Of a DNA stretch of 64,000 bases, positions 12,061 to 24,421 are shown one piece after another. How positions within the stretch are numbered: position 1 is the stretch's first letter; each line of letters starts with the position of its first letter. Where the stretch lies: positions 17,050,001 through 17,114,000 of the forward strand of contig JBHGNT010000005.1 in the NCBI GenBank assembly GCA_043228905.1, given 5' to 3'. The notes below the pieces were generated by a model, which was not told the origin of the DNA, did not search any database, and saw only the letters and a list, made by a program, of their open reading frames with translations. The translations under genes were made by a program, and so were the position numbers. Source of the stretch: Azolla caroliniana (Eukaryota; Plantae; Polypodiophyta).

Positions 12061-14049
12061 CTACTATTGGAGCTATGTGGATGGAACAAACGATGCAATA
12101 CTGGAGCCAAAACACAAGGAGTTCCCAACTTGGGAGCAAGCAACAAGCCGACTCTTGTACTATTTTGCATCTTGTGTGAGTGATCTAATTCTTGGCTACA
12201 TCAGGGATGCCAAAAGGCCAAAGGAAGCTTCGGGGAATCTGAAGAAGATTTCCCCCCCAAGCACGATGGCCAGGAAGTTGCAGCTCAAACAAGAGCTGAA
12301 CAAAATCTGAAAAAGAGATATGTCAATGGCCAACCACACCTCTAAGTGAAAGGAGATTTGTGACCCGCTCGAGTCCATCAACATGATGGTTGATGAGGAC
12401 AAAATGACGGAATTTCACAAACATGAGGGTATTGACGGAATTTCAAAAAGTGGAGGGTAACGGATAGAATTTTAAAAACTTGAGGCTAGAAGACCTAATT
12501 TTAAAACTCATCAACGTGGAGGAAATTTACGAGATCGACTCACAACAACTCACAAAATAAAAGGAAGAACACAAATACACACAACGTGATTTTGGGCCCA
12601 TGTGAAGTTCCTGTGCAACAGAACGGGAATGTTCATGTCGATGAAGATTTGCTGACTGAAGGCGATGTTCGGGTCAAACATTCCAATTGACGGAGTCGAT
12701 CCTAGAGAAGATTGATGAAGTTCCGATCGAATAGAGATGATGATCCAGGCATTTGGGATCGACGTGCAATGTTGACACGAAATATGCAGAATATTATTCG
12801 GCCACAACCGAGTCTCAGATCGTGTCATTTAGAATCGAACACCGAGAATGGGAATGGAGATGAATACACGTACACTTAGACAATATGAGAGAGGGTACAC
12901 TAGATGTTTACGTGGAAAACCCTAAATGGGAAAAACCACAGGAGTCCACAAACTCCAACTATCACTATGTAAAGATTATAGTAGTAAGTCACAGAGGCAA
13001 CGGCCTGGTTCTCACCAGGCCTTCATCATCCCATCTGGAGGGACCGAAATCCTAACAAACTCCCCCTTCACTCTGGCAGGGGATGTCTGGTTAGTCCAAT
13101 TCGCTTCCGGCATGCGTCCAGCTTGTCGGGTCTTAGCACTTTGGACAGCATATCTAACCCGTTCTCCTCCGTGTGGATTTTCGTCATCACGAACTCCCAA
13201 TCTTCTACTCGCTCCTGGATCCAGTGGTACCTACGCTGGATGTGCTTGTCTTGGAATGATAGGCAGCATTCTTTGCAAGGTGGATGGCACTCTGACTGTC
13301 GCAATAGAGCCGGTATTCCTCTTGTCGGATCCCTAGCTCTCCGATGAAGTCCTTCATGCACAGTATTTCCTTGTCGGCTTCCACAGCTGCCATGTACTCC
13401 GCTTCTGTGGTTGACAACGCAACCGTCTTCTATAGCCTCGACTACCACGAAACAGCTCCCCCTGCATATGTCATGACATATCCGGATGTTGACTGGCTGG
13501 TATCCGCATCAGCTGACATATCCGAATCGGTGAAACCGTCAAGTTGGGATTTACCGGAGCCGAATCGGAGACACATACTTGAGGTGCCTTTCAAGTATCG
13601 GAGTATCCATCTTACGGCATTCCAGTGCTCCTTGTCGGGATTTCTCATAAATCGGCTCATCACTCCGATTGCGTGTCCGATATCCGGTCGAGTACACACC
13701 ATTGCGTACATTAAGCTCTCGACGGCAGAGGCATATGGTATCTTCACCATATCCGCCTTCTCTGCCTTCGTTTTTCGGGCTTTGCTTACCGGATAACCTG
13801 CAGTTTGTCGGGAGTGTCGATCCGACCGATTTTGCTTCTGACATGTTGAACCGTTGAAGCACCTTTGTCACGTACTTCTCCTGTGACAGCCACAATTGCT
13901 TCTTCGACCAGTCCCAGATGATATGCATCCCCAGTATCTGTCTTGCCGGACCCAAATCTTTCATTGAGAAGGTCCAGTTAAGGGCCTTCTTCAGCATCTT
14001 AATCTTCGCTTGGTCCTGTCCGATGATCAACATGTCGTCCATGTACAGG

Positions 14050-15137
14050 GGCCTCCGATCGAAAGATATCAAATTCGTATGATTATATTAAACAATTAAT
14101 ACAAAATGAGAAAGATTCACAAATTTCATTAATAAAGGGAAAGAAAGATTACAATCAATCTCAAGATTAAGATTACAAAAAGTTTAGTTAATGGAGATTA
14201 CTAGAGTAATAGATAAGAGGAAATTAAGATATGAATTCTATAGAAAATTAGGGTTTTTGGCTTTGATAAGAGATTATGGTTTTATGAGTTGAATAGCTTC
14301 CCTAAATTTCCGTATAAATTTAGGGTTATGAGTAAGATATGGCTTCCGTAAGGAAATTAGGGTTTACTTGAGAGATATGGCTTCGATAAGATAGGGGAGC
14401 TAAGAAGGAAAAGAAAAAATATATAATATGAAGAGAGGATCAGTGTAGGGGAAAAAAAAATGGAATTTTATATGGAGTTCCCCGTTGATCATATGCATGC
14501 CCACTTTTTGTTGCATGGCCTCTATTTTTAGTTGCATAGCTTTTTCTTTTAGTTGCATCTATTTTTAGTTGCATGGCTTTTTCTTTTAGTTATATGCGAC
14601 CGTCCACATGACCTTTACTTTAGTTTTCTTCACTTCATTATAATTAGCCACATTATCCTATCATTTGTCCATCTTGATCGTCGCCAGTTGTCGAATCCGC
14701 CTGGTTTCCAACACCATCCGATTGCCGATTTCGCCGGTTCCGATTTGTTTACCGGCCGGTTTCCGGTTTTGCTTACCGACCGGTTTCGGTTTTGCTTACC
14801 AGCTGATTTCCGGTTTCTCTTACCGACCAGTTTCAATTTTGCTTACCAGTCGGTTTCCAGTTTTGCTTACCGGTTGGTTTCCGGTTTTTGGGAACTTGGC
14901 CACCATCATCCATCAAGACAAAGTGGCCAAAGTGTTCTTAGCACAAATAAAAAATGAGGGATCTCAATGTGCTTATATAGCCAGGGCCTTAAGTTTCCTA
15001 TCTATGTGGGATACTTCAAAATTATATTTTCCCAATCTTCTCAAACGTCCATCTTTCTATAACATGCCATTAAGCTAATATAAAGTACTTATTTTATTAT
15101 TTATTTTTTTACATAGTGTGAGAAGATTCACACGACA
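14050..15137. other. AT-rich foreign insert replacing part of copia-2 RT, with internal minisatellites
   Basis: Host RT stops at LYMDD and resumes at the DVKT-equivalent motif. About 21-bp repeats CCGGTTTCCGGTTTTGCTTAC at about 14750-14890 and TTGCAT..TTTTAG repeats at about 14510-14592. Confidence 0.7.
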
Positions 15138-18100
15138 CCGTCTTCATGTCTAATTGCTCTACCTCGAGGTCCATGCTTGCCGCTGTGCTCAGCACCGTCT
15201 AGATGGAAATCATCTTTACTATCGGGGCAAATATGTCGTCGAAGTCCACGCCCTCTTCTATTGGAACCCCGTCACCACGATCCTGGCTTTGTACCTTGGG
15301 GGGTTGTCGGCATCTCCCGGTTTCAACTTGTACACCCACTTATTCCGGAGTGCCCGCTTTCCTTTCGGCAACTCCACCAAATCATACGTGTGGTTCCCAT
15401 GCAGGGAATCCATCTCGTCCTGCATGGCACTTAACCACTTGCGGCTATGGGTGTCCTCCCTCTCTTCTTCGAAGCTTTCCGGCTCCCCCTCATCGGTTAG
15501 CAACACACGCTCTACATCCGGAAAACTCCAGGGGGGCCTTCTCTCTCTGAGAGGATATCTCTGACTTCGGTTTTCAGTAACCGGCTCCTACGTCTGTTCT
15601 TCATCCGAATCCGATTCGGGATCTTGGCCGGTTCCGGTTTCTTCTTCTTCTTCTGCCGGTTCGGTATCCTCACCGTAACCGGTCGGTTCTTCAAGTGTCA
15701 ACAGGCTCTTAGCCAGGTAGGTCTAAATCTCATCGAACCGATCCTTACCAGTCGACTCGGAGTTCATTATCTTCTTCTCTGACTCCCAGTCGGCAAGGGT
15801 CTTGTCCTCCATGAAGATAATATCTCGACTCCGGAAAACCTTCTTGTCGACCGAATCCCACACTCGATAGCCGAACTCATCATCACCGTATCCGAGGAAT
15901 ATGCAAGGTCGGGACTTTGGATCCAACTTTGCTCTGCGGTCCTTTGCAACATGCACGTAAGCGAGACACCCGAACATCTTCAGATGTCGGTAAGACACTC
16001 CCTTACCGGTCCACACTCTCTACGACGTGTCTCCATCCAAGGGCACTAAAGGTGATCTATTTATCACGTACATCGTTGTCGACAGCACCTCAGCCCAAAA
16101 CGTCTTGGGTAGCTTAGCATGTGCAAGCATACTCCGGACCCTCTCCATTATGGTCTGGTTCATCCTCTCGGCCAGCCCATTTAGTTCCGGCATCTTCGGC
16201 ACGGTAAATTCGAGCCGCATTCCCTTCGAGCGGTAGTACTCCTCGAACTGCCCCCGGTATTCTCCTCTGTTATCTGCCCGAATTGCCTTCAGCTTCCAGC
16301 CGGTTTCTCTCTCCACTCTCGCGTGGAGCTCCTTTAAGGCGGATAACACCTAATCCTTCGTCTTCAACGGTGTGACCCACAGTTTCCGGTTGTGGTCGTC
16401 TATAAACGTCACAAAGTACTGTGCTCCGGCATGTGACTTCGTGTCCACTTGACACACATCGGGATGCACCAACTCCAGTGATGCATTACATCTCTTCGGT
16501 GGCCTTGAGCAGAAGGAAGTCCGGTTTTGCTTATCGGCCAGGCAGTCGGTGCACTTCTCAAGATGCACGTCTTTCACCGGAATGAGGTTGTCATCGGCAA
16601 GCCTCCTCATCCCCTTCTCGCTCATGTGACACAATCTCTTGTGCCACAGTTTACCGGCAATGTCGGATGCTACATTCACATCTTCCGGGCATAACCGGGC
16701 ATTCATCAGGTACAACATGTTGACTTTCCAAGCCCGAGCCACTCCTTTGTTGAACTTCATGACTCCGTTCCGGATGCTACCCGTGTAGCCTTCATCGTCT
16801 AGCCGACCGACTAATATTAGGTTCAGTCGAACCTCCGGAACGTGTCGAACATCCTTTAGCAGCAGCTTGCATCCGGTTGGTGTTGTCAACCACACATCTC
16901 CTATGCCGACAATTCAGCATGTGCCTTCATTCCCCATCCGGACACAGCCATGCTCACCGGTTGTGTAGGATGCGAAGCATTTCTGGTCCGGGGTTAGGTG
17001 GAACGACACTCCGGAATCAACAACCCACGTTGTCTTTGTCGAATACGAGTGTATAATGGCCGTATTCACACTGTCCCCTTGGACAACCCAAGCTTGGGCT
17101 ATTTCTGTAAATAGCACAAAAGGCAGTTGCCCTAGGACAGTCACTATATAAAGTGACTTTGTAACCTATTAGTGTTGGTTGGTTGTAATTCTTGTAGTTG
17201 TTGCTATTGACAAATAAAATCCTGATTATTTGTGCCTATCTCTCTCTCTCTCTCTCTGTGTATCTAGTGTTAATTCACATACGCAGGTTCTTCACCATAA
17301 CAGACGTTGTCTGCTCTTCCGCATTGATGGCCTTGTCCCCAACATTTGGTATCAGAGCGTTGGAGGTTCTTCAACCCGCTACCAGCCATCATAGTACACC
17401 ACACAACATTTCATTTCCGTTTTCATTGAAGAACAGAGAAGGGAGAAGAAAAAAAAAGAACAAAAGCTCGCATCTCACTGTGTTAAATCACAAATTGGAG
17501 TAAGCTAGTCGGCTGTACTCTGTTCCTGTGATTGTAACCGCTTGAGGGGAGCTCCTTGAGCAACAACCGACCCAATCGTGCTTCACTTGGCTGATAGACA
17601 TTCGGGAGGATCAGTTGGATCCATCCCTCTCATCGTTGCAGTCATCCGAAGCAGAATAGGCCCAAACAATCGGTTTCGTGTAATCGGTATTCGGCATACA
17701 ATCGGAAGCTAACCGGGCTCACTCCGACTCAGCAACATTCGGGAAGACAAGCCAATTTTGTCCCTCAAGTTACTGGAGTCACTCCAAGCAAGTTCAGCAA
17801 CAAGTATCCGAAACCAAACCGACTCGGGTTCAAATCCGACTAGAACGATATCGGGTAAGCCGACCGGCTGCACCCCACTAAGGTTCGTAGTCAAATCCGA
17901 ACCGAGTCTTCCCAACCGAAACCGAATTAGATGGCATCAACATCTGGCTCATCGGAGATGAGTCTAAGGAGGTTCGATGGTTCAAACTTCAACTTCGGGA
18001 AGGAACAAATGCAAGACTATCTCATAGTCAAGGGTCAGATAGACCCGATTGAGAATGAAAATCCTCCAGAAGCATAAAAGGCAAACGAGTAGCTAAAGCT

Positions 18101-19045
18101 GGACAGAATCATCCGAGCCACGATTCGGATGCACTTGTCGAAGTCAGTGTACTTCACAGTGCAATCATGCATGACAACGTTTGAACTTTGGAAAACACTG
18201 TTGGAAACTTATGAAAAGAAGGTAGCCGCAACGAAGATGTATCTGATCTGGCGCCTCTACAACTTGTGGATGAAAGAATCCGATTCGGTTCAAGCACACC
18301 TCAACAAGTACGAAAGCATAAACTCCCAAATCTCGTCTCAAGGGACGGCAATCGAGGATGAACTCAAAGCAATGATACTCATGAGTAGCCTCCCCTCTTC
18401 ATGGGAAACTTTCGTTACAACCGTGTGCAATGCTTCAACAGCTGTCGTTAAGTACTCCGAAGTCACGAGCACAATCCTGACTAAAGCAGCTCGGAGAAAG
18501 TCTTTTGCCAAAGACTCGGCAGATGAAGCTTACGTAGTACAAGGTTCGATCGACCGATCGAACAATCGGGGAAGAAGTTCTTCCCGACCGCCGAACAATC
18601 AGTGAAGCCGGAGCAAGTCCCGGGACAACTAAATCTGCAACTACTACAAGAAACCGGGACACATCAAAGCCGACTATCGGGCACTCAAAAAAAAAACCGA
18701 CAAAGCTCAGAGAGCGGATTAGAAGAGTAGTTGGCATGAGGAGGTCAACTACGTCGGCTCTTCAGCCAAAATTTTGACGATCGACCCGAACATACTGTTC
18801 ATAGAGAACCCAGTCGAATCAGAAGTTCTGCTTACAACTGAGGAATCGAGCACATGGCTCCTAGACTCGGGCGCATCGTATCATGTGACACCTCACCGAT
18901 CTCAGTTTCGGCAATACTCAGACCGGCACTCCGACTAAGTTCGAGTCGGAAACTCGCAACATTGTGCTATAATCGGAATAAGCACTGTAGAGCTCAACCT
19001 TTCGGGTGGTTCTACACTCGTACTACACAACGTCTGACACGTTCC

Positions 19046-22000
19046 TGTTGAAAACAGTGCTCGGCCACAACCGAGGAATAGGATCGACTCACAGAAAACA
19101 GGAAATACAAAATACACGAAGACAACAGAGAGAAAGGTACACAGGATGTTTTACGTGGAAAACCCTAAATGGGAAAAACCACGGGAGTCCTCAAACTCCA
19201 ACTATCACTATAAACAGAGATGTACAATGGTGAAGCTACAAGGCAACTACCTTGAGCTCACTGTCTTCGCCACAGGCGGCGGTAATACACAGAGGCAACG
19301 ACCTCTTCGTCTCTCTCTCTCTCTCGGCTGCTCTCACTTCGCTCCCTCTAAGTGGAAAAACAGAAAAATGAGCAACAACTACAAAACTGTTTGCCCTAAG
19401 TCATATTTATACACATATGACTTTCGGGCTATTTACAGATGTAGCCTAGAGGGCCCTTGGCAAACATATTCACAAATATGTCCCCGCATCCGGATCTCTC
19501 TCCGGGTACATTCATCATCCGGCTCCGTAGCCGGGGTCTTCATCATCCGGCTCCGTAGCCGGGGTCTTCATCACCCGGATCCGGAACCGGGTCTTCATCA
19601 TCCGGATCCGGAACCGGGTCTTCATCATCCGCTTCCCGGACATCCGACCATCCCATCCGGAGGGACCGTAATCCCAACAAACTCCCCCTTCACTTCGGCA
19701 TGGGATGTCTTTCCAGTCCGACCCTCTTCCGGCACGCTTCCAGCTTGTCGGGTGTGAGCACTTTGGTCAGCATATCTGACCCGTTCTCGTCCGTGTGGAT
19801 CTTCGTCAGCACGAACTCCTGGTCTTCTATCCTTTCCCGGATCCAGTGATATCTTCGCTGGATGTGCTTCGTCCGGGAGTGATAGGCCGCGTTCTTCGCA
19901 AGGTGGATGGCACTCTGACTGTCGCAGTAAAGTCGGTACTCCTCCTGCCGGATACCGAGCTCTCTAATGAAGTCCTTCATCCATATTATTTCCTTGCCGG
20001 CTTCAACAGCCGCCATGTACTCCGCCTCCGTGGTTGACAACACAACCGTCTTCTGCAGCCTCGACTGCCACGAAACAGCTCCCCCTGCATACGTCATCAC
20101 ATATCCTGATGTGGACCGGCTGGTATCTACATCAACCGACATATCCGAATCGGTAAAGCCGTCGAGTTCGGGCTTACCGGAGCCGAATCGGAGGCACACG
20201 TTTGCCGTGCCCTTCAGGTATCGGAGTATCCACTTGACCGCGTTCCAGTGCTCTTTGCCGGGATTGCTCATGTACCGGCTCACCACTCCGACTGCATATC
20301 CTATGTACGCATATCCCATTGCGTACATCAAGCTTCCGACGGCAGAGGCATATGGTACTTTCATCATGTCCTCCTTCTCAGCCTTTGTCTTGGGGCTTTG
20401 CTTGCTAGACAACTTGCAGTTTGCCGGGAGGGTTGACCCGACCGGTCTTGCTTCTGACATGTTGAACCGGTGAAGCACCTTTGTCACGTACTTCTCCTGT
20501 GACAGCCACAACTGCTTCTTCTTCCGGTCCCGGATGATGTGCATCCCTAGTATTTGCCTCGCCGGACCCAGGTCCTTCATTGAGAAGGTTCAGTGAAGCG
20601 CTTTCTTCAGCATCCGTATCTTGCCCTGGTCCCGTCCGACGATCAACATGTCGTCCACGTACAGGAGGAGTATTAAAAAATCTCCTCCTTCGAACTTCTT
20701 CACAAACACGCAGTGATCGGACTGTGTTTTGTGGTACCCTTCATCGGTCATGAAGGAGTCGAACTTCCGGTACCATTGCCGGGGAGCCTGCTTCAGTCCG
20801 TAAAGGCTCTTCTTCAACCGGCATACCAGGTGCTCCTTCCCTTTCTTCTCGAATCCTTCCGGTTGCTGCATGTAGATCTCTTCTTCGAGGTCACCGTGAA
20901 GGAATGCCGTCTTCACGTCCATCTGTTCTACCTCGAGGTCCATGCTTGCCGCTATGCTCAGCACCGTCCGGATGGAGGTCATCTTCACTACCGGGGCAAA
21001 TATCTCGTCGAAGTCGACGCCCTTCTTTTGCTGGAACCCCTTCACCACGATCCTAGCTTTGTATCTCGGGGGGTTTCCGGCATCTCCCGGTTTCAGCTTG
21101 AACACCCACTTGTTTCGAAGTGCCCGTTTTCCTTTCGGCAACTCCACAAGTTCATATGTGTGGTTCTCATGCAGGGAATCCATCTCCTCCTGCATGGCAC
21201 TTAACCACCTGCAGCTATGGGTGTCGAGCTTTGCTTCTTCAAAACTCTCCGGCTCCCCCTCGTCGGTTAGCAGCACGTGCTCTGGTTCCGGAAATCTCCG
21301 GGGGGCCCTTCTCTCTCTTAGAGGATATCTCCGTTCCGGAGCTTCGGTAACCGGCTCCTCCGTTTCCTCTTCATCCGAATCCATTTCGGGATCGGGGCCG
21401 GTTCCGGTATCAGTTTCATCTTCCTCGGCCGGTTCTGTTTCTTCACCGTCTTCGGCCGGATCCTCGAGTGCTAACCGGTCCCTTGCCGGTCGGGACTGCT
21501 CCTCGTAGAGTTGATCCTCACCGGTCGACTTGGAGCTCTTCATCTTCTTCTCCGACTCCCAGTCGGCGAGTGTCTTGTCCTCCATGAAGATGATATCTCG
21601 ACTCCTGAATATCTTCTTGTCGACTGGGTCCCATACTCGGTAGCCGAACTCGTCATCGCTGTAACCGAGGAATATGCATGGCCGGGTCTTTGGATCTAGC
21701 TTTCCTCTCCGGTCCTTTGCCACATGCACATATGCGAGACACCCGAACACCTTCAGATGCCGGTAGGATACTTCCCTACCGGTCCACACTCTCTGCGGCG
21801 TGTCTCCGTCCAAAGGTACTGAGGGTGATCTGTTTATCACGTATGTCGCCGTCGACATTGCCTCAGCCCAAAACCCCTTGGGTAATTTCGCATGCGCCAG
21901 CATACTCCGGACCCTCTCCATTATGGTCTGGTTCATCCTCTCGGCCAACCCGTTCAGTTCCGGCGTCTTCGGCACAGTAAACTCGAGCCGGATTCCCTTC

Positions 22001-24421
22001 GAGCGACAGTACTCCTCGAACTGCCCCCGGTATTCCCCTCCGTTATCCGCTCGTATCGCTTTCAGCTTCTTGCCGGATTCCCTTTCCACTCTCGCGTGGA
22101 GTTCTTTGAAGACGCACAACACTTGGTCCTTTGTCTTCAACGGTGCCGTCCACAGCTTCCGGCTGTGGTCATCAATGAATGTCACGAAGTACTGGGCTCC
22201 GCCATGTGACTTCGTTTCTACCTGGCACACATCAGTGTGTACCAACTCCAATGGTACATTACGTCTCGTCGGTAGCCTTGAGTGAAAGGAGGTCCGGTTT
22301 TGCTTACCGGCCAGACAGTCGGTGCACTTCTCCAGGTGCACATGCTTCACTGGAATAAGGTTGTCTTCTGCAAGCCTCTTCATCCCCTTCTCACTCATGT
22401 GGCACAGTCTCTTGTGCCACAGCTCACCGGCAGTGTCGGCTGCCACGTTCAGCTCCTCCGGACATAGCCGGGAATTCATCAGGTACAGTGTGTTGACCTT
22501 CCGGGCCCGAGCCACTATCAGGCTCCCTTTGCTGAACTTCATGACACCGTTCCGGATGCTACCCGTGTAGCCTTCATCGTCTAGCCTCCCGGCCGAAATC
22601 AGGTTCAATCGAACCTCCGGAACGTGTCGAACATCCTTCAGCAGCATCTTGCATCCGGTTGATGTCATCAGCCACACGTCTCCTATGCCGGCAATCCGGC
22701 ATGTACCTTCATTTCCCATCCGGACACAGCCGTGCTCACGGCTGTGTAGGATGAGAAGTATTTCTTCTCCGGGGTCAGGTGGAACGACGCTCCGGAATCG
22801 ACCACCCAGGTCATCTCTTCACCGGCAAGGTTCAGCTCCCTCTCTTCAGTAATGAGCATTATCTCTTCTTCACTTGTCGCGAGTGCCGTCGTTCCTTTCC
22901 GGTCCTGCCCTCGCCGATCCGGACCTCTCCGGTCCGTGGCTCCCCGGTATGCACCGTTTCGCTCCGGTGACTTCTTCGAATCGGTACCGTCGGTTCCGTT
23001 GTCTTTCCGGAAATGCCGACAGTTCTTCTGGAAGTGCCCCAGCTTCCCACAGTAGAAGCATGTAGGTCTTCCCCTCGACTGCGACCGTGTCCCCGACTTC
23101 TCCCGTCTTTGCGGACTCCGGTTCCGTTGTCTTCCCCGTTCCGATTCGGTAAACAGCGCCTTCGAGTCGGAGGCCAGTTCTTTATCTCTCCGACGCGCTT
23201 CTTCATTTAGAATACTTGTCTTTACCGTTAGTAAAGACAAGTTCTCTTCCTTACAGGAGGTGCTAAGCGTAACTACCAAGTTCTCCCAGCTCTCCGGAAG
23301 GGTACACATCAGCATGATGGCTTGCATTGCGTCATCCAACGGGAACTTGATCGCCGCAAGCTGGTTCACAAATCCCATGAACGTGCTGACGTGTTCGACC
23401 ATGCTCTCGCCGTCCCGGTACTTAAGATTCACTATCTTCCTCATCAAGGAGGTTCGGGTCAGAGCATTCTTCCTCTCATACAGTCCGGACAGCTTCTGCC
23501 ACATCTCATAGGCGTTCGTATCGTTCGCCACATGTTGCAGGACACTTACATCGACATATTGCCGGATCGTCGCTACGACTTTCCGGTTCAGGAGCTTCCA
23601 CTCCGACTCTATTACCCCCTTGGGTATCTCGGCATTGTCGATCGGTTCGTACAGGTCTCGGACAATGAGAAGGTCTTCCATCTTTATCTTCCAGTCGGCG
23701 TAGTTCTGTGAGTTCAACACCATCATGCCCGGAGGCCCACTACCGCCGCCTTCCATTTTCTGTGTTACTGTTGCTCTGATACCACTTTGTTGAAAACAGT
23801 GCTCGGCCACAATCGAGGAATAGGATCGACTCACAGAAAACAGGAAATACAAAATACACGAAGACAACAGAGAGAAAGGTACACAGGATGTTTTACGTGG
23901 AAAACCCTAAATGGGAAAAACCATGGGAGTCCTCAAACTCCAACTATCACTATAAACAGAGATGTACAATGGTGAAGCTACAAGGCAACTACCTTGAGCT
24001 CACTGTCTTCGCCACAGGCGGCGGTAATACACAGAGGCAACGACCTCTTCGTCTCTCTCTCTCTCTCGGCTGCTCTCACTTCGCTCCCTCTAAGTGGAAA
24101 AACAGAAAAATGAGCAACAACTACAAAACTGTTTGCCCTAAGTCATATTTATACACATATGACTTTCGGGCTATTTACAGATGTAGCCTAGAGGGCCCTT
24201 GGCAAACATATTCACAAATATGTCCCCGCATCCGGATCTCTCTCCGGGTACATTCATCATCCGGCTCCGTAGCCGGGGTCTTCATCATCCGGCTCCGTAG
24301 CCGGGGTCTTCATCACCCGGATCCGGAACCGGGTCTTCATCATCCGGATCCGGAACCGGGTCTTCATCATCCGCTTCCCGGACATCCGACCATCCCATCC
24401 GGAGGGACCGTAATCCCAACA
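19046..24421 (-). mobile_element. Copia-4: young full-length Ty1/copia
   Basis: 634-bp LTRs 19046-19679 and 23788-24421 with 2 differences seen. Perfect TSD GTTCC, PBS-Met 23784-23773, PPT 19680-19690. Confidence 0.97.
19690..23756 (-). CDS. Copia-4 gag-pol polyprotein with two frame breaks (about 22740 and 20590)
   Basis: Zinc knuckle CFYCGKLGHFQKNC, WVVDSGAS, WHKRLCH/HTDVC integrase, YVDDML, RNase H TDSD..EAEY..CDSQSA. Confidence 0.9.

Noticed and set aside
14248-14366. Interstitial telomere
   Set aside because: Only three dispersed TTAGGGTT words, not a tandem array.
19146-19757. 203-aa ORF, and the 360-aa ORF at 23888-24970, as novel genes
   Set aside because: These are antisense reads through the copia-4 LTR and its 24-bp repeats. 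The longer one simply runs on in frame into copia-3 integrase.
20580-22745. Programmed frameshifts in copia-4, and in copia-5 near 52250
   Set aside because: The breaks fall inside conserved domains with no slippery site, and related copies are in frame there. They are small indels or sequence errors.
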